The notes under the pieces are model-generated. The model was not told the origin of the DNA. It made no database searches and saw nothing but the letters and a program-made list of their open reading frames with translations. The translations under genes were made by a program, and so were the position numbers. A stretch of DNA of 64,000 bases from the human T2T-CHM13v2.0 reference genome, Homo sapiens. Position 1 is the first letter of the stretch. Each line of letters begins with the position of its first letter. The stretch lies in NCBI RefSeq assembly GCF_009914755.1, contig NC_060933.1, one strand, 5' to 3'. Shown piece by piece: positions 24,571-38,335 of the stretch.

Positions 24571-26749
24571 CTCAGGCTGGTGCAGCGGAGGCTGAAAGGG
24601 CACTTGCTGCCTGCTCAGGGCTGGGTTTTGGGAGGCAGATCAAGCAGGAGGAATGACACCCTGTATCCCAGGGATGTCCTTCAGCCCTGCAGGTGCAGAC
24701 CAGCTGTGCCACCCAGCCCAAAAGGGGACACATTAAGGGAGGGAAGCGGCACTGTTTGGCCTTTCTCCCATGGTGACTGGGCTCTGCGGTGAGTGGCTGT
24801 GTTTGGGGCTGTGCTGGACAGCAAGGTCACGTACTCCACCCTAGGTGGCATCTCTGCATCACCAGAAGAGCAGGGGTCAGAGGAGGAGGAAGAGGCTTGG
24901 CAGGCTGAGTATTCCCAGCCTTGCCTTTCACACCACCACTGCCATAGGGAGTCAGGCCCTTCACCATCTGGGCCTCAGCGTCTTTGACTGTAGAAACAAA
25001 AATGGAGGCATGAAAAGCCTCATTCAAGAATTGCAGTGAAGATGAAATGAAATAAAGCTTGCAAAATGGCCCTGCCCACGGTAGGTGCTCACCACTGTAG
25101 AGAATGGCTGGGAAGCAGTGCAGAGGGGACTCTCTCAAAGGCCTAGGCCTTTTGCTGCACCTCCAGGTGGAGGAGGGTGTCAGGGACAGGTCAGGGGTAC
25201 TTAGTAGAGGGTCTCGAGCAAATGATCCCAAGAGCTGCAGCCCATCCAGGCTCTGAGCAGGAACCCTGGAGACCAGAGACAGCAAGGCTCTGTGAGAACT
25301 GGATTCAAGCCCAGGGGAATGGTCAAGGCTGCATCTCCCTATCCCCAGCTCCCAAAGCAGTAGGAGTTCAAACCCACCGGGACAGGGGGGCCAAAAAGCT
25401 GGACAGAGGGATGAGGCACTGCAGGAACTCCGTGGTGGGACACGACCCTCCCACTACCTTCCAGAAGCAGGAAGAGAGGAGGCACAAGGGTCCTGGGTGG
25501 GTGCCCGGGACTCATGTCATCTGGAGGGGGTTTATTTATCTTTCTGATTTAGCTTTAAAGATGCCCCTGAACCCACAGCCTCTGGTCACAGGTAAGCAAT
25601 GAAAAGCCAGGTGGAATATGAAGAGCAGATTAGGTTAGCCGTGTGACTGATCCCAAGCTGTTTGCCGAGTCTCTGTGTAAATTTCATGCAGGTTGTCTGA
25701 TTGAGGACACCTGGAATGCCGCGGGCTTGGTGGTTATGAAAGTCCCACTGTTTCATTCCTTAGCCCCGCTCACCAGTTATGTGCAAGTTGAACCGTACCA
25801 TCAACCCCATTCCCAGCAGCTCCTGTGCATGTCGGAGGCAGGGGATCCTTGTGTCAGGCACCAGCAGATGCACCTACTTTTTCCCTAGGAGATGAAAAAA
25901 GGAAGAATGTGAGTCCGTGCCTTCAGCTCATGCGTGTGCTCACGTGCAGGCACGCGCAACCAGGGCTCCCAGGGAGAATGTGCATTTTAAACAATAGACC
26001 CAGCCTAATTCCTGGTGTTCACGTGGAGGCCATTCAGCCAGCCCTGAGCCCCAACTACTTGCTGGTCATTCTACTTGAATCTGGGACACAAAAGGTAAAG
26101 AAGACATGGCCCTGCCTTGGAGCCTGGTAGGCTTTCCCTCCTCAGCTCGGACCAGCACTGGGGACTCAGCTCCAGACGTGTGCAGACCCTGCGGGCCCAC
26201 GGAGTTGCCTGGGAGCTGGGGAAATGTGTTCCCTGTTAGAGCGCTGTCCATTTGGTGATTTGGGGGCAGCCGGTGCAACACATTCAGCAGGGCCTCAGGT
26301 CGTTTGGCCAGACTGGAAATTGGTTCTATCCCAAATGTTGCTGGAAATAACAAGGCAGCTGTTCAGCCTCTCTGTTCTCAGTTAGTAAGTGAGAAAAGTG
26401 TGTGAACCCGGCAGAGGAAAGAAAGAGTTGTCAGAGCCCATTTCCCCCATGCCTTTGATCTTGCTGACCTGGATGTTTGGGTGTTGGGGGTGGGGGTGAT
26501 TTGGGAGTTTGGGTGAGTTTTTTGGCTGAAGTAATTGGGATGTCTTAGGAAGCAGGGAAGGAAGGGAAGTTCAAGGGTAATTGCTAACTGATGCCAGAAA
26601 GAAAAAATAAATGAAATGCTTAGGCACTTCATGGCCCTTTATTTTCCAGCCATTTCTGCAAATTGCAGTCTAGTTCTTTCTCAGAAATAAGTGACCTGCT
26701 AATACAGGGTGGGGAATAGTGGCTGTAGGACAATGAGGTTTAATTTTTA

Positions 26750-26930
26750 AAAGCTCTGGACTCAAGTCCCAGCTCTGCCCCCGAGACAAGCCCCTCACCT
26801 TCTTTGAGCTTCAAGTCAGTCTTCTATCAAGAGGGGCTGAAAATGCCTGCCTCCCGGGATTGTGGTAAAGACTAATTAAGAGAAGACTTGCTGAAAGTGC
26901 TTTGTCAGCTGTGAAATATGTGAGAAAGAT
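26750..26930 (+). mobile_element. MIR SINE
   Basis: TCAAGTCCCAGCTCTGCC...CACCTTCTTTGAGCTTC...GATTGTGGTAAAGACTAA...GAAAGTGCTTTG. Confidence 0.65.
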
Positions 26931-27411
26931 AAAATCCCTATTTCTTCAAGTTCAGCGGGTTTTTAGTGAGCATCTATTTTTGCCAGAAAACCCCACAGAC
27001 GTGCCACCTCCCCGTGAGCATCCCCACCCACCCCAGTGCATTGTCAAGGACACATGAACTTGTCAACTGGGTGAGCAAGCAGGGGAGGGGTGAAAGGTCC
27101 AGCTGCAAGCAGGGAAGCAGCTGAGCACCCGGAGCAGACCAGGGCCTGGCTGGGCAGAAGGGACTCCCAGAGCTCAGGAGTGTTGCTGTTTGCCCCTTCT
27201 CCCTTCTCAAGTATGGAGTTTTGTTTTCATACCTGAGGTTGGAGGTCCTAGTGACTTCTTTCTGCCTGTGTGGGCTGTAGAGGAATCCGTTGCCAACAGC
27301 AGTGGCCTGTGTATCACCGGCTGCTTCCTGGAAGAGGTGTTCATTACACAGGCTCAGCCTCTGCTTGCCCATGAGGCTCTTGCGGTTTCTTTCTTCTCAC
27401 TATGCCCCTTC

Positions 27412-27610
27412 TCACATGTGCATAACTCGTACATGGACACAATCTCACATGCGTTACGTGGCACATGCATACACTCACGTGTGGCACACTCTCACGTGTA
27501 CATACATACCGTGTGCATGGTCTTGCATGTGACACACAGCCTCACATGCATATGTGCACACATGACACGTGTGCATGCTCACATGTGTGCACACATGACA
27601 TATACACAGG
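27412..27610. repeat. Purine-pyrimidine alternating (CA/TG-rich) low-complexity tract
   Basis: Repeated CACATG/CACGTG/TGCATG/GTGTGCA words over ~200 bp. Confidence 0.8.
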
Positions 27611-28924
27611 TGGCCTCCCCTCCTCTCTGGATCATCAAGGATACCATCCAGATTACCTTCCAGGGCTGGGACAAGGGCTCACCAGGCCCCAACAGGGCAA
27701 AAGACAATGAGAGAGGCAAGATGGAAGTCTGGTGTCCCATCAGGGAAAGTCTAAGTGAGAAACAGACGCGGTAAAGCAGAGAGCACCGGGAGACAGGAGA
27801 GGCATGGACCTCAGAGTCAGTGCCACCACCACCTGCTAGCACCTCCCTTTGGTCCCTTCAGCATTTTAAAACCTGCTTTCTGTACTGAGAAATAGGCTTT
27901 CTTCTTTTATTTTCAAACTTCAAAGATCAGTTTTGAAATAAAGTTTTTTCTGATGGAATTCCAAAGGTTTTACACATGTGTGAAAGGAGAAGTTTGGCTG
28001 TTAAAATGTGTTCACCCTGCCCCTTGCTGCCCTGACCCACCAGGGTCCCACCGTGCCTCCACTTTGTTCTCCTAAATGCTGCACCAGCTCACAACCACCA
28101 ATAGTGTGTTGTTCCAGCCTCTTTCCTTCATCCCCCTAATTCATTTGTGTTCAGCTAGAGCCTAGTGGGGCAGAATTGATTTTTTCGTTAATGGGAAGAA
28201 ATGTTTCCTGTGTAGGCATTGTTTACCACTCTGCAGCTAATCCCATTGAGCCTCGGGCTCAGTAAGCGGGACACCCAGGTGGCCTGGGGCTGGGCGAGTA
28301 GAAAGGTGGCCCCTGGTCTTAGCCAAAGGAGTGCCCTATTCAAGCATCAGGATACATTTGCAGTGGCCAGGGGTATGGACCTTGCATTTTTTAACCCCTG
28401 CATGGCTTTAGCCCCATAAAGACCCAACTAAATAAGTGAGATGGAAGTGAATGTTTTCCTCTTCTTTTTCATTTTACTTTTGTTAAGCACTGCATAATGT
28501 GCATGCCACGTAATACAGTGAATAGCCTTCTGGTAGGGGTCGATGACCATAATTGAGTTTTTTTTTTTTTAACCAGCCAGGAAAATGCTTCCTTAATCAA
28601 TGTTCTTTAAATGCTTTGACACATGGTAACAACACACCACAGAGATGCACGTGCCGCTCTCCACCAGACTCCACTGATAGGAATACTGGGCAGCCCTTTC
28701 TTCCCTTCCCTCCTGTGAGCCTGTGGGTGCGCAGGGCAGCCACTCCGGGGATGAGCGAGCATGCACCATGATGGCGATTCCAGGAAGGATCTTGAACCAC
28801 GTCCTGGCAGGGCTACCTGGGCCAAAACCCTATTTCTAGGCCCCTTAAAGGTGAGCGGGCTTCAGCTCTCTCCCCAGTAAGACCCACAACTCCCAGTAAG
28901 ACCCTGCGAGCTGGCTAGAGGTGA

Positions 28925-29254
<330 letters not shown>

Positions 29255-29255
29255 C

Positions 29256-29555
29256 TTATTTTATTTATTTTGAGACAGGGTCTTTCTCTGTTGCCCAGGT
29301 TGGAGTGCAGTGGCAAGATCATCACTCACTGCAGCCTCGACTTCCCAGGCTCAGGTGATCCTCCCACCCCAGCCTCCTGAGAAACTGGAACCACAGGCGT
29401 GTGCCACCATGCCCAGCTGATTTTTTTGATATTTTATAGAGATGGGGTCTTGCCATGTTGCCTAGGCTGGCCTTGAACTCCTGGGCTCAAGTGATCCAGC
29501 TGCCTCAGCCTCCCAATGTGCTGGAATTGCAGGCGTGCAAACCACTAAGCCTGAC
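29256..29555 (-). mobile_element. AluJ, full length
   Basis: GCAGCCTCGACTTCCCAGGCTCAGGTGATCCTCCCACC and AACTCCTGGGCTCAAGTGATCC (J-type positions). Confidence 0.9.
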
Positions 29556-29625
29556 TGAAGTGGGTATTTGAGCCTCTAATGCTCCCTGTTACAGTTTTGC
29601 TGTCGTGGTGGTTCTAAGACAATAA

Positions 29626-29960
<335 letters not shown>

Positions 29961-31282
29961 TGATAGGTTATCTTGAACATCTCTTCCCAATACAGTAATT
30001 AGACCTTAAATGTTTTTGTTGGATACTTACCTCCAAGATATTCCCAAATCTCCAAATTTAAAAATAGCTCTTTCGCACACGATTTCTCCCACAGAATGTA
30101 GTAATGTAGATATGAAACATTCAGGTGAACTTGTTAGAACTAATGGTTCTATAAATAAAAACTGACATCATTCATAAAGTTATTTAAATAAATTTTGTCA
30201 CTAAAATAAATTTATATGTTACATCATTGCTAATAATGATTTTAACTGTGAGTTTTCTTTTTGTAAAAAAGAATTGAGCCAAGCCCCAGGGTTTTTCTAA
30301 CAAGCTGACGGGATACTTGGCTGGGGTTCTCATCCTGCCCCTCCCTGCTTCCAGCTCAGATACTCGGAATATGGTTGAAGCCTGACTGAATCATAAAGAC
30401 TGCCTGAGAGTGGGAGAGGAAAGGATCAGTTACTCTTTGGCCACCTTGAACGCGCAGCTTCCTTTTCCTCCTGGGATATGGGGTCTGAGGCATCTCCTTC
30501 CTAGAGGCCATGTCCATCTGCATTGCAGGGTGTTCTGTGCAAGAGCCATGCTCCCCTCGAGTTTCTTCAGCTGATCTAGTAATTACTTCACCAGCAGCAG
30601 GCTGCTGATAGCGCCCCTGTTTAACTTCAGTTTATAAAAGAAAAGAAAAAGTAAGCGTCTTAAATTCTGGAACCTCCTTTCCTCTTGGGAGTCTACGTAT
30701 GGGCCCCGGCTTCGTCCTGAAGCAGTGTCAAGAGTCCTGTGCCGTCTGCTCACGCCCTCACCCCACGAGTTTAACCAGATCTTCAGCTCTCACCAGAGTT
30801 TCTTCCACAGTCAGAAGCCCTTGCACTAGGCTCGCAAACCCTTTCTCATTTCCACATCGCATGTGTGGCAGGCTCATTCCTCCCAGAGTAGAGCTGAGCT
30901 GCGCCCTCAGCCCACCCTCCCCTTTTTAATCGATGTCAGCTCCTTCCCTTACCCACACTGCGGCCAAGTCTCTCCCCTTTCTTAGACCTTTGGGATCCCT
31001 TCTTCCCTCCATCACCAACATTAGCAGTTGGCTCTTGGGTGGGATCAGTTTTTTAAAATAAAGAGACGAAGTGTCACTTCAAGGGAGGTACTGCTTTTGC
31101 AGGAGAAAAGTGGGGCGCCTCTCAGCCAGGCTGAAATCTGGGAGCTGCATCTGACTGGCTCGCTCACTGGCCCAACTCCCCACTGAGGCACGCCTGCTCC
31201 AGGAACCCCAGTGTGTGCCAAGTTCAGTGACATGTTTATGTCATGACCTTCAAGACTTCCACCAATCCTAGCCACCATGAAT

Positions 31283-31373
31283 GTTATTTTTTTAAATTAT
31301 TTTATTATATTTTAGATTTGGGGGTACCTGTATGTTGTGTACGGGTAGAGATTGGGCTTCTAGTGTACCCATC
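31283..31373 (-). mobile_element. Short L1 3'-end fragment (L1PB/L1MA-like)
   Basis: TTTTAGATTTGGGGGTAC...TTGGGCTTCTAGTGTACCCATC after a T-rich tail. Confidence 0.55.
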
Positions 31374-34300
31374 GGATGTTGGAGTCTCAGGTCCCAGAGA
31401 GTCAGATTTCAGGTGTGAGGATGCGGTTGCCAGTACTTCCATTTTCTCCGCATTTTGTCACACCTCAGACAACACAGGTTGAGACTGAATGAAAATAGGG
31501 ACGCGTCGCCTGTCGTTCTACTGAGGGAGAACGGGTGGTATGTGTTTGGGATTTTACAGGCAGAACATTTAAAGGCCACCTTGTGTTTTCTGAACCTTAG
31601 GCACAAATGAAATCACGGCTTGGTGCTTGTCCAATAGCCTCGCTGGAGTCAAGCTGAGAGCCCCTCTCCACCAAAACCAGATAATAAAAGCGAGCAAAAA
31701 GCTTGTGCTTTCAAAGTATGTCTGGCAAAAGACGATTTGGGGACTTTTTCACAATAAAGACTGAGCAGAAAGCGAATAGCCATTCTCACCATCTCCTTGA
31801 GCTCCTGGACCCCACCGTCAGTAGCCCTGCACTCTCCCTCACCACGGGGCAACCTTGACTTTTGATTGTCAGGTCCCTGCCAGGTCTCTGCTCAAACGGT
31901 TTTTCCACTGACCCAATAAATGATTATGTAACAGTCAGGAGACCCCTATTCAGACAACACCTGGTTCTGTTACTCGCCCACCAGGTCACACTGAGCAAGC
32001 GGGTAAACGTCTCTGTGCCCAGGCTCAGCCTCACCAGGCCCAGGATAGAGACCAGGACAAATGAGATAATGGGTGTGAAACCCCTAGGAACCCTGTCAGG
32101 CACCACACCACACGTTTGTGTGTGTCTGAGAAACCTATTATTTCTAGGCTGTTCGGGGGCCTCTGGGCTGCTCCTTTTGGGGGGCTTTCTGGCCCCTGGC
32201 CGGAGCCAGCATCCTCACTCAACACTGGCTCTTAACTTTGCCTGCCTGCTGGGTTTCTCTTTTCCCTGAGGGTCTGCTCTTTTGGATTCACGTGATATTC
32301 TTCTTCCCCTGGGGCTTTAGGGAAAGTATTTTTAAGAACAGGCGCCGGGTCTCCTGTTGGGCCTTGCGTTTCATGGTGGTTCCCCCTCATTCCAGCCTGC
32401 AGTTTGTCCCGCCTGGTTGCGACAGCAGCCCTGGCTTATTGGTATCTTTCTAGGCTGTTAGGTTCCATTGAAATGTGTCCTTCTTATACTTTACTGTGAC
32501 CAGAGTCCCTTGAAAAAATTCAGGGCAGATTTTCAAATGGCTGGAAGTCATTACTCAGGGAAGCACAGAAAGGTTCAAGGAAGGAAATCAAGAATCCAGC
32601 ACAAGTTAGAAATACTGTGTTCCTTAGCTTCAAAATAGGAAGAGCTCACTTTGAGTTAGGTAGGGAGAGAGACCGAAAAAACACCCTCTGTCTGGAATCC
32701 AGAAAAGGCATTCACAAGGCATCTGAATTTATTCTCTTTCTTTCTATTACTGAAAGTCAATACCTTAAAAACCCTGAGTGCTGAGAAAACTCACTAAGCC
32801 TATAGATTCAGATGACCAAGGATCTCTGAGGGTTCCTTTCATCCTGCAAGTTTTAAGGGCTCAGATCACAGCAGGTCTGGACCTAAGAGAACCCCCAGGT
32901 TGGGTTACATACTAAGGAAAAAGTAATCAGTTGGCAAGTAGGTTACCTGGCTGTGCTTTGGCACTGGTATTTCTTGATGCCTTGTCGTAAACTCAGAGTG
33001 TCACGAGCCTGGCCTGCTGAGTGGTGCCAGTGCAGGCCTCCCCTTGACTGACACATGGCTCCCTTGCCTCTCTGAGTCATAAAACAGGCCAATTGTGTTT
33101 TTCTTAGGGGACTGTGACCCATGGGGACAGTCTAGCATGGTGCTTGGCACAAAGTCCAAAGCCGTCTCCAAGACGCAGCTGCATCACTGCCTGCCCCTAG
33201 CATGGTTAGTCCTTCCGGGTAATGGAGAGTCCTGTTGCTTCAGAAAGGCTTCACAGAACTGTGCCTGTGAGACCACGAGACCCTCACCCCAGCAGCACGC
33301 GGGCACGCAGCCCACAGCAGCATTTCTCATGGTGCCATTGTGTCTGAGGTCCCAGAGCCAAAGCCTCGGGAGGCTTGGGGCTAAGGATGTGTATTTTCGC
33401 ACGCAGCCCAGGTGACTGTGGCATGCCTGCGGGTTTGAGAGTTTTGGAGCAGAAGGATGCCTCTTCTGGATGTGGGGCAGCTTGGAGTGCGCAGTTGTTA
33501 TAGCGCTCACAGGGGCCGCGCTCACCTGCACCCATCCTTGCCTGCCCCGCTCACTTGGACCTGCCACTCTCCCACAGGGGCCGCTTGTCTCACAGTCAGA
33601 ATCGCCAGCTTCAGCCCACCCATCTCGAGGGAGAGAAAGGGCTCCGGGGCTCAGTAATGGTTTTCACAGGCGGGTTTCATGAGTGGAGCCGCTCTTGTTG
33701 GGAAGCAGCTTCCCCTGCGATTTGGGGCATGTGCTTTGGACTTTGAATTTGAGGCTCCCATTTGAAACCACTTTTCCCCAGCCGTGGCCTCTGCAGTGTT
33801 CTATAACTCAGTCTTAGTGGCTCTAGAGGATGTCTGCCTATCTTCTTGAGGGGGCCCCTAGGGGTCCCCAAATCAGTTGACTGTGTGCTCCCTGGCCGCT
33901 GGGCCTGCAACACTCTGCCCAGCTGCTCTTGCTGGCTGTAGTTCTGCTCAGACCTCCTCGGCAGGGTGGACAAGGCTCCGTCACCATGCAGGTGACCAGC
34001 ACTCACTGCACAATGAGGCAACTTTGCTGCCGCCTTGCTGGACACATTCCTGGGAAGGTCACAGGCACTCGGGCCTCAGTGTCTCCATCTGAAAAAGGAA
34101 AGCATTCCACAACATAAGTCGCCAAACTAAACTTCTGGCTCAGATCTTCCCACATTCTTTGATTTGTTTATCCTCAGAATTCTAACGTCTCTGCTTCAGC
34201 TCACATCCAGCTGTGCTCTTGGTCATGCCAGGAGATGCCCCCAGATGCTCTGCTTCTGCTGCACTTCCCGTCTATTGCAGAAGCATCTGCTCGGACTCCA

Positions 34301-34529
34301 TTTCCTTCTCTATCCCCTGTGTAGAGATGTGGAGCCAGGAGCAGCCAAGCAGCCAACGGCAGGTCAGAGGGGTGGGCATCGCCTCTCCCTGACCGGGGTC
34401 TGGAGAAGGGAGGGCCAAAGGGTGGATTTAGGCCTCAGCATGTTGGGGAGATGATGCTGGGGGTGGTAGCGGCCAGTGGAGGTGGGGAGGAGGGCAAGTT
34501 CCAGAGTGATGGCCAGATGGAATGAGAAG

Positions 34530-34740
34530 ACTCCCTGGGTTCAACCCTGGCTCCACCTCTGCTGGCAGGTGCTCCTGGGGAGGTGTCTTAACTGCTCTTT
34601 GCCTGAGTGGCCTCTGTAAAATAGGAATAATAATAATAATATACACACATCCCTCATGGGGTTGCCTTGAGGATTAAATCAGTCAATACACAGAAAGCCC
34701 CAAGACTACAGCCTGGCGCAGAGCAAGCATTTGAACAACG
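34530..34740 (+). mobile_element. MIR SINE
   Basis: CTGGGTTCAACCCTGGCTCCACC...CTGTAAAATAGGAATAATAATA...TGAGGATTAAATCAGTCAATACA. Confidence 0.85.
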
Positions 34741-35689
34741 TTTTGAGTCACCACCACCACCCTTTTTGCGATTTACAGGACTGGTGACTGTTATGAGGTC
34801 TGGGGACAGGTCCCTGTTCTTCCCAGGCCTTGGGACCAGACATCCAGGTGGGTGGCAGAGCTATTCACAGGGATCAGGAAAACAGAAACTGGAACCTCAT
34901 AAGGAAGAGAAGTCCACCCATTCTTCATTTTCCGTGGAGGCCAGGAGTGATGCCTTGATCCAGTTCCATTGTCCCCACCTGGGCCTGTGCATGGCCGTCA
35001 GCACCCCCACAACCGCCGAAGGCTGGCCCTGGTGGCTTCTACGGGGATTGCTCTCTGTTGTCTTTGAATCACGCTGCTGGAGAGGAGCTTGCGTAGATTC
35101 CCAAGTTTGTAATTAAAACAATCGAGAAACAATTTTCACTATATATATAAAAAAAAAGAGCTAAACAGAAAGTCTCTTTTAAGCAGATGTTGTGCTGTGA
35201 GCCATGTAGAAAAATTATTTTATCATCAACCCAGCTCGCCTATCTCAAGGCTTGAAAGAAACTAAGGGAACATCTTTTCTACTAGCCCAGCGTTTTTTAG
35301 CTCCTAATATCATTTCACATTTAAAGGTGACAGCAATATCTTTAACGTTTTTCTATTGGATTAATAACATTTAATGTTCAAAGCAATAAAGCGAAATGTT
35401 TTCGTGAGGGTGCTTTATATCACTAGTGGAAAATCCAAGTTTAAAAAAAAAGACCACACACACAAAGTAATAGACGTGGAGAGCCGTAAACCGAGAAAGG
35501 GAACCCAGGCGTGGAGGTGGGAGCCTGGGCGTGGAGGTGGGCTCCCGGGGTGGGTGGGCTGGTGGGTGTCCAAGGCCCTGAGCCCCGACTGGCTGGCCAG
35601 CGCTGGGAGGGGGTCGGTGCCCGTGGGGGTGAGAGCATGGGGGCCCTCGCCCACCCGCCAGCCATTCATCTCCACCCAGCAGCGGAATA

Positions 35690-36310
35690 TGACAATGTTA
35701 GCATTTTTCATTTCCCTGACGTTACCATTAATAAAGCAATGATCCAAAAGAGGCTTCGCTGAGTCTGTGCTTTATGCTCCCATCACTCACGACTAGATAA
35801 TTTCACACAGGATCGTTTTAAAATTAAATGACGATAAAAACGCTCTGCTGTTCTGTGTTCACCAGTTCATAGAAGTCTATCAAGTCATTAATGTGTCATG
35901 ACAAACTGCTCGATAGATACAAGAGTAATTAATTATTTGAATAAATAACAAGTTGAACTTGGAGCTTTGAACCACAATGACATACACATCCCATTAGGGG
36001 CGTCTTGGAGCCTCCACAGGGCACTGGTACGAAGAGTTAAAATGCAGGCCAGGGTATTGGAAGTGATGAAAACCAATTTCGTAAACACAGGGTAATATTT
36101 TACGGGGAGATAGCCGAAGTGTCACATTTCCGTGCCCGCATGAGGTTCAGTGTTAAAAGTTCCCTGGCAGCGGCCATTCCGAGACACCATTTGATCAGAG
36201 ATGATTTCAGAGAACAATTATACAGATTTTCATAATCACCATTAATCTCTGCATATTTTTCAAGATAATTACAGCAATTATTATTTAGATTTCTCTTTTA
36301 TATGCCCATT
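35690..36310. promoter_or_regulatory. Repeat-free AT-rich block, candidate enhancer
   Basis: CCATTAATAAA, TCATTAATG, TAATTAATTA, CATTAATC and ATAATTAC homeodomain cores; TGTCA/TGACA motifs. Confidence 0.45.
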
Positions 36311-37814
36311 GTAGAAAGGAACAAGTGCTTATTATACCGGATAGTTCAGAGAACCTTGGATGAGAATTCTTTGTCATCTCTGCGCTCGTTATTTCAACTC
36401 ATGTTGCCTCTGAAAGTTCATCAGCTGCAGAAATTAGAATACCAGCAGGCCCTGTTATTAAATCTTAAGGTTGAGCTGAGACCATGGTTAGAGTGGCTGG
36501 CTGAATTGTTCATTTGTGGGACTGCTGAGCTCAGGTGGGATTACTGTCAGGTGGCAGGAGATGCCCCTGACAGGTACAGGCAGAGATGGGTGGCCGCCTC
36601 ACGCCCATTTCCCCTGACAGGCTTACAGAGTGAACTCACAACCAATATTTAGAGGATACATTTTCGTGACATGCCCTTTAAAGATTAATATTAGATCTGA
36701 AATCTGGGTAATTGATGGCATTCTGCCTCATAGACACAGCAACCAGACAGAAGGCAGCTCAGCACATCCCTGCTATTTCCAGATCAAAGCGCATGTCAGT
36801 TCGGCATCAGCTCCGTCTCACACTGCACCTTCTGCCTCATCTCCCCACTGTCCTGCGGGCTGGTCCATTGGAGCTGAGTCCTGGGCCAGTGGGTGTGGTG
36901 TGTGCTGCTTTCAAGAGAAGCCCTTTCCCAGGGAAATGGTTCTTGACAGTCCTGCTGGTTGGAAACACACCTCTGCGTAGGTTGGTGTGTGTTCTCCTGC
37001 CTCCCGTCTCCAAGAGGCGTGAGTTCTAAGGGCTCCCATCCTCTCACATGCACCATGAGGACTGTCAGCCGCATCCAGCTCAGCTAGATGATACGAGTAG
37101 CTATGTGAGGGGTAGGAAAACCAGGTATTCAGTTTTGAACTGAGAAGTCCGGTATTTCTGCTTGCTATAAAATGAGAGAAATACAAGGCATAGAAATGCC
37201 TTTTTCTCCATAAATTAAGTTTTATTATGAAGAGATGACCTGGTTCGAATGCACTCAAGTGGTACCAACTCACACAAAATAGAAGTGGGGTTTAGATTGC
37301 TGCCGACACTCTGTGGCAGGTCTCTCTTTATTTGGTCTATCCCTGGCCACCATGGTGACTCATCTTTTGGAATCACCTGGTGGCTCTAAGGAGGAAGAAG
37401 TCTGGGGCCCTCTCAATAGCCTTTCCCAGGTGGCTGTCCCCTGAGGGGTCACCCCCCAGCCTGAGCTCCAAAGCTTCCATCCCCAATTCTCTGGGCTCTC
37501 TTGAGGGTGCTCAGGTCCTGGGGATCTTGGTCCCACTAATGAAGGTCAGAAGATCCCTGTGCTGTGGTACCAAGTGTCATATTTTATACCATTTTTTTTA
37601 ACCTGTAGGGAGTCTTTTTGAAATCTTAAGCAAAATTTATAACAAGGTTATAGCTTTCCAGTTTGTGCAGTACTCAAGCCTACTATCTTCGTCACTCCCG
37701 TACTTGGGCAGATAAGTGATTAAATCATGGAATCCGAGTAAGGAGTGGAATGTCCCCGTTTCACAGAGTCCTAAAGAATCCCCATTGTGAAGCAGCTTTC
37801 TTCTGGGCACACGA

Positions 37815-38335
37815 CTTTATTCACTCATCTGTCTATCACCTCATCCAGGCCTTGGCTACTGAGAGTTCCCCCACCTACAGGCCCTGGGCCAACAGGGACC
37901 ATGGTTCCCTCATGGAGCTCATAATCAGGGGAAGACATCCAGGCAGATGATCGGAGCACAGTCATCCACTACGATGGGTGGTAGCTCAGGAGGCAGCCCA
38001 GGGGGTAACGTTTCTGCCCTTTGAGGAGTTCACAAGCAGGTATATAGGAAAGGACTCTCCAGGCTGATCCCACAGCAAGGAGAAAGGCCTATCACAGATG
38101 GAAGGCTTGACTCAGTAGAAAGTGGTTAGCAGGCCAGAATAGCTAAATCCTAAAGTGTAGGGAGCAGAGTGGCAGGGAGGAGAGAGCAGCTAGGGAACAA
38201 AGCTAGGTTGGGATCAACCTGGAAGGGCCTGGACTGTGGCATTTGACATGACCCTATAAGCTTTAGGAGACATTGAAGTTTTTAAGTAAAGGAATGGTAC
38301 ACGAGGTCTGCACTTGAAAGAGAACTCCAGTGATA
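37815..38335 (-). mobile_element. L2 LINE fragment
   Basis: ATTCACTCAT tail, CCCTCATGGAGCTCATAATC, GAAGTTTTTAAGTAAAGGAATGG...TTGAAAGAGAACTCC. Confidence 0.7.

Noticed and set aside
27190-27774. Longest ORF (194 aa, His-rich)
   Set aside because: Non-ATG start; openness and His content come from the CA/TG low-complexity tract.
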